The notes: generated by a model not told the origin, from the sequence alone. A stretch of DNA of 64,000 nt from Paenibacillus sp. (GCF_035510375.1 NZ_DATKHG010000023.1), one strand, 5' to 3'; shown: positions 55,801 through 63,255, counted from the stretch's first letter. Numbers and translations are program-made.

Positions 55801-56710
55801 GGTCGGAACTAAGGGGATCGACGGCGCGGCGCGAGGAAATCAACATCCGTTCGTACTTCCGGTTCGGCAAGGCAGCTATCCGGAGGACGGGAAGAAAAAC
55901 GTGGCTGTGAAGACGGGATATCACATTAAATTTGATGTGAAAACGAAGGGCAACATGTTCGGATCCGGCGACGGCATCCGAATCACGCCGACCTTCTATT
56001 TTGTCGACAGCATTGGCCGAAACCGCCAAGAGGTAGATCTCTATTACCACTCAGGAAATAAGAAGTTTATCCGAATTGGATCGAGCGACGATGTGGAGCG
56101 GCGCAATATTACGCTGGATACACGGCTGAGGAACGTGCCGCAGCAGGAACTGAACAGCACGGCAAGCTCGCTTTGGGGTTTGTTCGGCGGTTCCGGCACG
56201 AAGCAGGCGTTTACCGACCAGTATATGAACGACGTCAAAAAACCGATCTACGTCGGCGGGTATGACATGATGCTGCTGCCGCCCCAGCTTCGGACGTTTA
56301 TCGGCAGCATGAACGCGCCGTCCGGCGTTAACGCCGCACGCGCCAACGCTTCGGTTCAGCGCTGGTTCGGCGAGTACAGTTTGCCCGCCGCGCCCTATGT
56401 CGTGCCGAAAGGATTCAATCTGGCCGAATACGGGCGCACGAATCGGCTGGATGACAAGTCGCCGATCTTCCTGAAGGACGGGTATATCATCGTCAACTTC
56501 AACATTGAGACGATCCGCAACCGGGATCTAAACAACCCGCATTTGCAGTACATCTACGCGCCCTTAAACAACCAGTGGCAAATGGAAGGATTTCAGCGCA
56601 ACTTTACAGATCCGTACGGCGCGACGTTCCAATTGAAGGACGGCGACATCGTATTTTATCATGCAAACGTTTCATCCTACGATGATTTTGGCACAGGCGG
56701 AACGCATTAG
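52880..56710 (+). CDS. Giant secreted surface protein (1276 aa) with internal ~95-aa tandem repeats; candidate adhesin
   Basis: Signal peptide (LLACIFLFPFILSSQVHA|A). Repeats ...G(K/D)TY(T/E)I.RSY......DP......(E/Q)...(N/D)PK.R.RS.TV..GG...I..Y... occur twice in tandem at about aa 190-390. Confidence 0.7.
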   Translation: MSEKKAYKRLLCMLLACIFLFPFILSSQVHAAPPEIWTRDGMINFSITSTAATSSIKYRTVGWTVRRDQLCSNTTPKQCGDPRSGKYVSFLNQQVRQVGQDPNPPIPGAPLTTIYEVSEELVTKGMWQAGMGDIQDNDDLYLYAIMVSINGDGSVRKGPFYTLEEIKRAEGWRYPDDLDDYFGLHVPYRSADFPVDVIAKTEDGKVINKPDVTFLKGKYKVGETINHEFPTAIEDGGKTYTIVRSYLSPKQDPSQKDWEQENPETNPKVRTRSFTVHLGGTDAIAEYRESNPVKAMFLTDKGEKLQGDEELEPKKTEEEANYTFPASLTYKGDTYEINRSYITNNTDPNKELFVQEKNDPKLRERSITVASGGSNFIGIYKIPSPVTVASRILAPDTVEQSVNNVEGDFIFEAEASANLKSYEITDIQNAALVNPSDRTGTLSGTKDGKTIPIKIPFSSGDSLTVQITVIVKDALDQSGDSTAKHTVKKSDGGQPPTAGTTQEAEAMDPSATGVIRADQRGAEKFDVMKGIPTSESLYVDALSKAYLYRNEFAQMTGAKQYPIQVSKTYTLTWTESYTVSGADGKSTTVYVPRSATQTVTKSYTVERKYSYWVINNLEVYGIQKADFANYALPSGKVTLQPNGYTPPNVSATHDTSLDAHITDPFFSNVTLPGQTISGGSSRPSVPNEDWKSVAEKAIGKIKVKNDSLVFNGTTVMDNQTVEEQAPAPGTIPAPPTIGQDVLYGKGYMIDSGKVNKANQPSSGTISYSLVKGINGGSNQTFPINGINTVTVHTPIVNYASVSDDKAHNQKTQPTSGRSALILDRPFTVTVPTSGQHRDIPGYGNRDYAKYTKEKQVWFPFDVYSADKSTFIPKETWISIPVGQSQTTFFLPVWVDEGNYDALFRTFAENSPQASFGTQMNANLEVNNHVATQVVPVEVIGRLYDFRITDIADYNWETVFRTQKGSAASTGNAYWVGTKGIDGAARGNQHPFVLPVRQGSYPEDGKKNVAVKTGYHIKFDVKTKGNMFGSGDGIRITPTFYFVDSIGRNRQEVDLYYHSGNKKFIRIGSSDDVERRNITLDTRLRNVPQQELNSTASSLWGLFGGSGTKQAFTDQYMNDVKKPIYVGGYDMMLLPPQLRTFIGSMNAPSGVNAARANASVQRWFGEYSLPAAPYVVPKGFNLAEYGRTNRLDDKSPIFLKDGYIIVNFNIETIRNRDLNNPHLQYIYAPLNNQWQMEGFQRNFTDPYGATFQLKDGDIVFYHANVSSYDDFGTGGTH

Positions 56711-56745
56711 TATTTGGTTACTTCATCGTTTTATCGCGAGGCGCG

Positions 56746-56773
56746 AAAAGGACCTGAACGGGGGTCCTTTTCG
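56746..56773 (+). terminator. Intrinsic terminator after the giant gene
   Basis: AAAAGGACC-7 nt-GGTCCTTTT. Confidence 0.75.
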
Positions 56774-56792
56774 CATTCATGGAGGAGTGCGC

Positions 56793-57068
56793 ATGTATGC
56801 CATCCCATCTGGTTGCGGATGTTTTTGCCCGGTCCAGCCGCCTGTTTATTACGGGACGGGATTGACGGAGGAGGGGGAATGGATGCCGTCGCTGGAGGTC
56901 ATATCCAAAGAGAAGAACGGTTTCGGGGATACGTATTACTACATCCGGGATCAAAACGGCGTAACGATCCAGGTCTACGAAGGGGAGTTGGGGACGTTTA
57001 TGAAAAAGAACGGCGTTTCGGAACTGAAAGAAGGGAAGTCGTTCATCTATCCTCAGAAGAACCGATAG
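56793..57068 (+). CDS. Hypothetical protein (91 aa)
   Basis: GGAGG RBS before ATG 56793. The ORF-track extension upstream spans the terminator. Confidence 0.5.
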   Translation: MYAIPSGCGCFCPVQPPVYYGTGLTEEGEWMPSLEVISKEKNGFGDTYYYIRDQNGVTIQVYEGELGTFMKKNGVSELKEGKSFIYPQKNR

Positions 57069-57089
57069 ACTCCGGAAAGGAGCAGTCGC

Positions 57090-57284
57090 ATGAGCTATGA
57101 CGATTTCAAACGAAAAGTACAAAAAGCGTACCCGGACGCCAAGGTTTCTTATTCCTCAAATGGCGCCCAGCATACTGCGAATGTCGAAGGGCGCTTGGTC
57201 CTTTACACGAACGCCGATAGCGACGCCATTTACGGCATGATGAACGGCGGCGTACCCATAGGACGGGCGATCGGTATCGAATAG
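57090..57284 (+). CDS. Hypothetical protein (64 aa)
   Basis: AAAGGAG RBS with coding-like sequence. Confidence 0.5.
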   Translation: MSYDDFKRKVQKAYPDAKVSYSSNGAQHTANVEGRLVLYTNADSDAIYGMMNGGVPIGRAIGIE

Positions 57285-57312
57285 CGAATCATGTGGGAGG
57301 AGGGTGATTGAC

Positions 57313-57633
57313 GTGGGCGCTTGGGGATATGGCATTTTCGACAATGACGACGCACTGGATATCCGGTATCGTTTCCGGAGGCATATCCGGAAAGGACTGT
57401 CGATAGACAAAGTGACGAAGCGGTGTATCGCGGACTTTCCCGATCCAATGAATGATGTTTCCGTCGTTTTGGCTCTTGCCGATTTGCAGATGGATCACAA
57501 CATGTTGCAACCGGAAATTAAACGCCGCGCGCTGGCCATGATTGAGGAGCGAAAAGACATCGAATCATGGGTTGATCCGAATAAAAGGATTAACGAGCTG
57601 GAAGCGTTTAAGCAAAAATTGCTTCGAAATTAG
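57313..57633 (+). CDS. DUF4259-like protein
   Basis: N-terminal (M)GAWGYGIFDNDDALD, characteristic of DUF4259 as I recall it. GGGAGGAGGG RBS 8-9 nt before GTG 57313. Confidence 0.55.
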   Translation: MGAWGYGIFDNDDALDIRYRFRRHIRKGLSIDKVTKRCIADFPDPMNDVSVVLALADLQMDHNMLQPEIKRRALAMIEERKDIESWVDPNKRINELEAFKQKLLRN

Positions 57634-57673
57634 CGGTTGCGTTTCACAATCTGCGCGCCAGGAGGTGAAGGAC

Positions 57674-57829
57674 GTGTTCAAATGCGCCTGTGGCGGGATT
57701 TTTCTCGTCATTAAAATGGAAGAATATCCGAAGCATTTGAGCGGAATAGAAAAGCTGAACTATCCCCGCTCTTGTACGGTAAAATGCGATAAATGCGGCA
57801 AAGTGAAAGAAAACCAACCTTACGATTAA
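57674..57829 (+). CDS. Small zinc-ribbon protein (51 aa)
   Basis: AGGAGGTGA RBS. CxC...CxxC cysteines. Confidence 0.4.
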   Translation: MFKCACGGIFLVIKMEEYPKHLSGIEKLNYPRSCTVKCDKCGKVKENQPYD

Positions 57830-57875
57830 GAGGAGCATGCAGTCGGTCGTAACATTTTAATTGGGAGGATTGTAC

Positions 57876-58178
57876 ATGTCTTTTAAAGATAAGGGTCCAA
57901 TGTTTATGGGAAGATTGTTTGAAGGCGATGTTGACGGTTATTTTGTTCAAGCTCAGGTATTTTCCGAACCATCCAAATACGGGATCGCCGAAGGACGAAT
58001 CAGCCGATTGACGGTGTATCCGGATCGGTCTGCCGGATTCAACCGCAATCTGGCCAATTACGACCGGGGATGGGATGGCGGGCCGCCGAATGACAGCCGT
58101 ATCCGCTCAGTGGTGGAGAAAGCGGTGCGGCATTTTGACGGAAAGAGCGTTGACTGGTCGTTTGAGGCCCGGCGATAA
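57876..58178 (+). CDS. Hypothetical protein (100 aa), paralogue A
   Basis: GGGAGG RBS. Shares GY...AQV..EPS..GIAEGRI...Y(D/N)RGWD..PP...IRSVVE.A.R..DGK with 58694..59014. Confidence 0.6.
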   Translation: MSFKDKGPMFMGRLFEGDVDGYFVQAQVFSEPSKYGIAEGRISRLTVYPDRSAGFNRNLANYDRGWDGGPPNDSRIRSVVEKAVRHFDGKSVDWSFEARR

Positions 58179-58263
58179 AAAAGAAGCCGTGACCGATGGG
58201 ATACGACTTGCCACACCGGGCGCAGCAGAGGTAAGATCGACACACCTGTTGAGGAAAGGAGTT

Positions 58264-58599
58264 ATGGGTGTGGATGGTCTACCACCGTGGTTGATCGCAG
58301 CTATCCGTCATCGAATCGATGTGCTTGGCCAGCGCATGCATAGGCATCCAAGGCACAAGGCGGCATGGAAACAGGCATCCGAGTTATTTGAACAGCTCCA
58401 GAAGACATTCTCCGAAGAACAGCGCCGGAAGTTCGGTGAATGGGAAGACCATTTGGCGCTGCAGGAGTCTATTGAAAAAGAGGAGATGTACGTACGAGGA
58501 TTTCTGGATGGGTTTCACATGTATGTCTATCTGGATGAATTGATCGGCCAGATTCCTGCCGGCGAACGGTTCGAAAACGCTGAAAAACCTCATAATTGA
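58264..58599 (+). CDS. Hypothetical helical protein (111 aa)
   Basis: AAAGGAG RBS before ATG 58264. Confidence 0.5.
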   Translation: MGVDGLPPWLIAAIRHRIDVLGQRMHRHPRHKAAWKQASELFEQLQKTFSEEQRRKFGEWEDHLALQESIEKEEMYVRGFLDGFHMYVYLDELIGQIPAGERFENAEKPHN

Positions 58600-58693
58600 C
58601 GATTGCTGCGCTGCCCGCCGGATTCGGCGGGTATTTTTCTGCCCGGAACCACGCGGCAATCGGATGGATGGAGATGAAGGGGGAAATTCAGAA

Positions 58694-59014
58694 ATGGCGA
58701 TTCAAGCAACGTGCTCATGGGGCATGGGAATGTGTTATGAAGGAGAGATCAACGGTTATCGCATTCATGCGCAGGTGATGGACGAACCGTCTGCACAGGG
58801 AATTGCGGAGGGACGGATTGTTCAGTTTTATGTAAGCAAAACCGGCCTGTTCGGTTTACGGGATTGCGAGCTCTCCTACAACCGGGGATGGGACAGCCCG
58901 CCGCCAACCGGAGCTATTCGTTCCGTTGTGGAAGAAGCTATCCGGCAAATCGACGGAAAATGCGTCGGCCGGGATGAGGAAAGACGACGATACGAAGCAA
59001 GCTGGCGCGGATAA
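58694..59014 (+). CDS. Hypothetical protein (106 aa), paralogue B
   Basis: See 57876..58178. GGGGGA RBS. Confidence 0.6.
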   Translation: MAIQATCSWGMGMCYEGEINGYRIHAQVMDEPSAQGIAEGRIVQFYVSKTGLFGLRDCELSYNRGWDSPPPTGAIRSVVEEAIRQIDGKCVGRDEERRRYEASWRG

Positions 59015-59099
59015 AAACGAGACGGGCACGATCACTCTACTGATCCGGTCAGCGTATTGGAATGCTTATCTTCCAAAACATTTGAAAGTGGGGAACGCG

Positions 59100-59315
59100 A
59101 TGGACTTTTTCAACAAATCGCATTGCGACCGGTGCGGAAAGAAATTGACCGTCCGGATCATGAGCATGTTCAACAGGGATACGATCTGTCTGGATTGCAA
59201 GAAAAAAGAGGAAACCCACCCGGCTTACGAACAGGCGCGTAAAGCCGAGCAGGATGCCGTCAGGCGCGGCGACATGAACTTTCCCGGCATCGGTCTGCCG
59301 CCGGATATAAAGTAA
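59100..59315 (+). CDS. Small zinc-ribbon protein (71 aa)
   Basis: CDRC...CLDC pairs. A terminator follows. Confidence 0.55.
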   Translation: MDFFNKSHCDRCGKKLTVRIMSMFNRDTICLDCKKKEETHPAYEQARKAEQDAVRRGDMNFPGIGLPPDIK

Positions 59316-59338
59316 AGACAGTCCAATCGTAAGATCGC

Positions 59339-59367
59339 GAAGGTACAGAAATGTGCCTTCTTTTTTT
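59339..59367 (+). terminator. Intrinsic terminator
   Basis: GAAGGTACA-gaaa-TGTGCCTTC followed by TTTTTTTG. Confidence 0.7.
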
Positions 59368-59401
59368 GTCTTTCATGCTGTGCTGAAAGGAGGCGATTCA
59401 T

Positions 59402-59560
59402 TTGCGGCATGTTGTCATGTATTCGGGCGGGCACTTCGAAGCAGAAAAATTCGATTTGGTCGAAAACAACGGTCTTAGCCGGGAATGGTTGGAGTTGTTT
59501 GCCTATTTGGCCTCTGTTGACCGTAAAAAAGCGACTTCATCCACAAGTACGGAAACATAA
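59402..59560 (+). CDS. Small hypothetical protein (52 aa), below the ORF-track cutoff
   Basis: GGAGG 7 nt before TTG 59402. A terminator lies 9 nt after the stop codon. Confidence 0.35.
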   Translation: MRHVVMYSGGHFEAEKFDLVENNGLSREWLELFAYLASVDRKKATSSTSTET

Positions 59561-59568
59561 CTCGCTCA

Positions 59569-59596
59569 AAAAGCCCGCCGATTGGCGGGCTTTTTG
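59569..59596. terminator. Bidirectional intrinsic terminator
   Basis: AAAAGCCCGCC-gatt-GGCGGGCTTTTT. Confidence 0.8.
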
Positions 59597-59727
59597 CATA
59601 GGGCGTTCCTCTCTAGCGACTTTTGGTCCCGCGCGGCACACGGGGCAACATCGTTCGCGACATGCATGGGCACGAACGCCGCTTCAGAAAAAGATGCAGT
59701 CCGGATATAATGAAAGGAGAGATTCGA

Positions 59728-60240
59728 TTGTTGCGCAGGGCGGAGATCATGAAGTATTTGGAACAAATCAACGAACAATTGAAAGAACGAAACCAGCGCG
59801 GGGAGATTTGCTTGTTCGGCGGAGCGGTGATGTGCCTGGTATTTGAAAGCCGGGACAGCACCAAAGACGTGGACGCCATCTTTGCGCCGACCAGCGAGTT
59901 GTATACAATCATTAAAAACATCGCCGATGAGCATCGTCTGCCTTCGGACTGGCTGAACAATGCGGTGAAAGGCTTCGTCTCGCACCGCCATGACGTGCGG
60001 CTGTTTCGGAAAATGAGCCACCTCGACATTTTCGCGGCATCGCCGGAATATATGCTGGCGATGAAATGCTTGGCCGCGCGCACGTATGACAGCAAGGATG
60101 TGGACGATATCCGGTTTTTGCTGCGCCATTTGACGATTCAATCGGTGGAGCAGGCTCTGGCTATTATTGAGAGATATTATCCCCAAAACCGGATTCTGCC
60201 GAAAACGGCGTATTTGCTGGAGGAACTGCTTTCGCATTAA
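59728..60240 (+). CDS. DUF6036/nucleotidyltransferase-fold protein (MNT/AbiEii-like)
   Basis: ICLFGGAVMCLVFESRDSTKDVDAIF (a GG...D.D NTase-like core) and MLAMKCLAAR..D..D., as I recall for DUF6036. Confidence 0.5.
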   Translation: MLRRAEIMKYLEQINEQLKERNQRGEICLFGGAVMCLVFESRDSTKDVDAIFAPTSELYTIIKNIADEHRLPSDWLNNAVKGFVSHRHDVRLFRKMSHLDIFAASPEYMLAMKCLAARTYDSKDVDDIRFLLRHLTIQSVEQALAIIERYYPQNRILPKTAYLLEELLSH

Positions 60241-60260
60241 CAAGGAAAGAAGGGAAGAAC

Positions 60261-60638
60261 ATGACGGTATGGGATATTGCCCGCGACACAGGAAGCAATA
60301 TGGAACAGTTCGCCATTCACTGCGGCAATTTTTTGGATGAGTTTTATCGCGCATCGAACGAACAGCGGCGGTTGATGGTGGGGCGGGAACCGGAAGGCTA
60401 CCCCGGTTTTCCCGATTATGTGCTCCCGTTTCTGGCGGCGATGGTTCATAAGCTGTGCAACGACTATAATGATATGGAGTGCCCGGCGTGGGTGCATAAA
60501 GAACGGTATGTGCTGAAAGAACCGCATTTCTGGCTCGATGCCAAAGGAAATCTTCGGCTGGTCCTGCTTGCGGAAAGTCCGGTTGAGTTTAAGATCCGGA
60601 ATTTGTATGTTACGGCGAATACACTGTCCAGAGCATAG
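60261..60638 (+). CDS. Hypothetical protein (125 aa) paired with the NTase-fold gene
   Basis: 20-nt gap after the NTase gene. Contains RYVLKEPH (an Rx6H spacing). Confidence 0.5.
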   Translation: MTVWDIARDTGSNMEQFAIHCGNFLDEFYRASNEQRRLMVGREPEGYPGFPDYVLPFLAAMVHKLCNDYNDMECPAWVHKERYVLKEPHFWLDAKGNLRLVLLAESPVEFKIRNLYVTANTLSRA

Positions 60639-60997
60639 GGGTTTGGAAACGGAAGGGAGGAAGCAGACGTGGCGGAGATTGATAAAAAAGACGTTCTGGA
60701 GCATATGCTTTATTGCATTCTTGAGGGACATGATTCTATTCCGAAAGCCAAGGCGGATGCGGAAAGCTGACTCGGCGCCCAAATTATGCTCGGACAAGGC
60801 GATTGGCGTATATTTGATCAAGAGTCATGGAATTTGTTCGGAAAACGAGCAGCGGTACGACGATCATGACAAGCTGGTAACGTCCGAGCAAGGACAAACC
60901 TTGCTTTCGTTGGTTCAATAAGGAGCATTATCTGCACGGAATAACGGGGCCGTCCCATAGGGGCGGCTTTGCTGTTTTCAGAATCGAGGTGTGAGGG

Positions 60998-61114
60998 ATG
61001 GCCAGAATTTCGTTTACTTGCTTAAAATGCGGGAAAACGCTTCAAATCGATCCTGAAATCTATGACCGCATTTATAAAGGGCATGATCAATGTCTTTCTT
61101 GCCGCAACAAGTAA
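60998..61114 (+). CDS. Very small zinc-ribbon protein (38 aa)
   Basis: GAGGTGTGAGGG RBS. CLKC...CLSC pairs. Confidence 0.35.
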   Translation: MARISFTCLKCGKTLQIDPEIYDRIYKGHDQCLSCRNK

Positions 61115-61486
61115 GAAAGAACGAAAAATGGAACGAGTTAACGGAACCAGCATGGGCGGATGTCGACTGAAAAATCAGGATCATTCACCCGAATGCCGTT
61201 CGTTTTGATGTGGGACCGGCTCTTTCGTATGGCCCGAGACATAACCTCAATCGGGATATGCTGTGCGAAAATAGCAAACCGTATCGACTTCAAATTCGGA
61301 TGTTCATCCGATGTTCCGAACGATTCCGTATCCCAGGAAGGTTCCTTGACGGGCCTTCTTTTTTTGTTTTTCGTCAACCCGAGTCTAATGCGAAGATGAC
61401 GAACCAGGCTGCGAAGGATGTCCGCCTTTGTGTTCGGTGGCATTGGGCGAGCGGAATGTAAATCTGCGATCAAACGGAGGATGGGA

Positions 61487-61672
61487 ATGCGAAAACGTTA
61501 CGAATGCAAGCTGGAAACGGAAGGATATCGTCTTAACGTCACGGTATTCGCGGAGAACGAATCGACGGTTGAACGATTGGCGCTGCGACGAGCGGCAGAG
61601 CTGTTCCGGCAAACGTTTGGCAAGGAAAAGAAAACAAGCGATTTCGTCGTTGTTTCGGTAAAGGAAAAGTAG
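61487..61672 (+). CDS. Hypothetical protein (61 aa)
   Basis: GGAGG 6 nt before ATG 61487. Confidence 0.45.
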   Translation: MRKRYECKLETEGYRLNVTVFAENESTVERLALRRAAELFRQTFGKEKKTSDFVVVSVKEK

Positions 61673-61712
61673 AAGATGGATTTACCCTATGTTAGGAAAG
61701 GAGTAGAACCCG

Positions 61713-61928
61713 ATGATTAAAATGCTTGTGTTCAGTGAGTGCGAACATGAAGGCGACCTGGAAACGTATGTTTGGGAAGTTGTCAATAGCGGCGGACAAG
61801 TAATTGGAAAAAGTCGGGATACGTGACGCCGAACGGGAACGATTGAAATCGCCGTCAACAATGAGCGTGATTATGATTGTTTTTTGGACAATTTTAAAAG
61901 CAAGAGTTCCGTTCCTATTCCTTTTTGC
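61713..61928 (+). pseudogene. Second copy of the 36812..37030 gene, interrupted by an in-frame TGA (61824-61826) and lacking its own terminal stop codon
   Basis: AAAGGAG RBS. The alignment to copy 1 is colinear across the TGA. The frame then continues open into the integrase ORF. Confidence 0.6.
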
Positions 61929-62006
61929 GAAACAAAGGATAGCGACCTAATAATGAAGGGCAATAGCCTTATGTTAAGACAGAAGGAAAGCGAGGGAGGG
62001 GGAAAA

Positions 62007-63026
62007 ATGAGCAGCAACGTCGTTCCTATTTTCAATGAGAAAAATCCCTTCAAAAAGCAGAAGCGTCGAAAAAACGCAATTGCAGACATGCAATCGTACA
62101 GAGGGCCCGAGAGCACGTTGTCTTGGGAGGAAGCGGTCGGGCTTTTTATCCAGGCCAAACGTACGGAGACCGCTTCCGCTCGGACGGTAGAGTATGAGCA
62201 GGAGAACTTGGATAGCTATCGCAAAATGATGAAAGAGCAAGGGATTGAGCCGCAGGTGGAGGGCTTGTCGGTTGACTTTCTGCGCAAGCATTTTGTCGCC
62301 TATATGGTGGATGAGAAGGAGTACGCGCTGAATACGATTAACAATCGGATTAAAACAATCAAGCGCTTCTTTGCTTTCTTGCATCGGGAAGGCTGGATTC
62401 TGCAAAATCCGTCGGAGCATTTAAAAATCCGTAGCGGTCAGCGGCCTGTCATTTATTCGTTTACCGAGGAACAGGTCATTGCGTTGCTGGACCAGCCTGA
62501 TCAGACTACGTTTACCGGATACCGGGATTACTGCATGCTGTATCTGATGCTGGATACCGGCCTTCGCTTGGGCGAAGTGTTGAATCTCAAAATCAATCAG
62601 GCGGATCTCAAACAGTGTTATTTGCTCGGAGTCTTGGGGAAAAGCAAACGGCCGCGCGATGTTCCGTTTTGCGACGATGTCCGAAAGGTGCTTCTAAAAT
62701 ATTTGAAAGTCCGTGGAGAAATGCCGGAATCCGCCTTATTCGTAACGGTGGATGGGGTTCCTTTGAGCGGGCGAACGTTCCAGGAAACGTTGAAAGCGTA
62801 TGGTGAGAAGGCGGGCATTGAAGGCGTTCGGGTCAGCCCGCATACGCTGCGCCACACCTTTGCGAAGATGTATATCCTCAATGGCGGCGATCCGTACAGC
62901 TTGCAGGAAATATTGGGCCATACGACGCAGGATATGGTGAAGGTATACGTAAACCTGTGGAAGCCGGAGAAGAAGCTGCAGCATACGAAGGCTTCGCCGA
63001 TGCGGAATTTGAGGCGGAAGAAATGA
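62007..63026 (+). CDS. Tyrosine recombinase/integrase (phage-integrase family)
   Basis: C-terminal catalytic region (R...HTLRHTFA...LGH...Y: SPHTLRHTFAKMYILNGGDPYSLQEILGHTTQDMVKVY). GAGGGAGGGGG RBS before ATG 62007. The ORF-track start at 61884 is a read-in from the upstream pseudogene frame. Confidence 0.9.
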   Translation: MSSNVVPIFNEKNPFKKQKRRKNAIADMQSYRGPESTLSWEEAVGLFIQAKRTETASARTVEYEQENLDSYRKMMKEQGIEPQVEGLSVDFLRKHFVAYMVDEKEYALNTINNRIKTIKRFFAFLHREGWILQNPSEHLKIRSGQRPVIYSFTEEQVIALLDQPDQTTFTGYRDYCMLYLMLDTGLRLGEVLNLKINQADLKQCYLLGVLGKSKRPRDVPFCDDVRKVLLKYLKVRGEMPESALFVTVDGVPLSGRTFQETLKAYGEKAGIEGVRVSPHTLRHTFAKMYILNGGDPYSLQEILGHTTQDMVKVYVNLWKPEKKLQHTKASPMRNLRRKK

Positions 63027-63193
63027 AAGGTCGATTAATTTTGCATCAATCATTACTTTTCATCTTGCTGTGTAAGGATAAAAACCAGCGCAGCAAGCTG
63101 AAATAGTTGGTCCACAGTAATAAGCGGCATATCGTTATTGTCAAGTGGAAAACGCTTGATGACTAGACTGTTCGAGATCACATTCCTCTGTAC

Positions 63194-63222
63194 TTGACAA
63201 ATCTAATGAAAAGGTAAATAAT
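63194..63222 (+). promoter_or_regulatory. Candidate sigma-A promoter (TTGACA-17 nt-AATAAT)
   Basis: Read directly from the sequence, about 35 nt upstream of the RBS-supported start at 63256. Confidence 0.4.
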
Positions 63223-63255
63223 ACGATTATGGAAAATGGAGGTGGACACGGATAC

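Larger units (their letters stand above)
25277..63026. mobile_element. Putative integrative conjugative element, about 38 kb (Tcp/Tn916-type T4SS + Replic_Relax + coupling ATPase + Tad-like module + tyrosine integrase); ends not defined
   Basis: About 55 co-directional, tightly packed plus-strand genes with conjugation hallmarks, and an integrase as the last gene. No att repeats or tRNA target identified by eye. Confidence 0.65.

Noticed and set aside
61138-61473. Minus-strand 111-aa ORF and two overlapping plus-strand ORFs in the 61.1-61.5 kb gap
   Set aside because: None has a convincing RBS, motif or composition, so I cannot decide which, if any, is real. The stretch is left unannotated.
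61824-61826. Considered whether the in-frame TGA encodes selenocysteine
   Set aside because: No SECIS-like hairpin is evident immediately downstream and there are no selenoprotein family hallmarks. The aligned residue in the paralogue is Ala, not Cys. A nonsense mutation or readthrough is more parsimonious.
25028-63228. Searched the two presumed ICE borders for att direct repeats and a tRNA/tmRNA integration target
   Set aside because: Only 7-9-nt chance matches were seen by eye (for example TAATGAAAA). No tRNA-like T-arm or acceptor sequence lies at either border. The boundaries are therefore left undefined rather than asserted.
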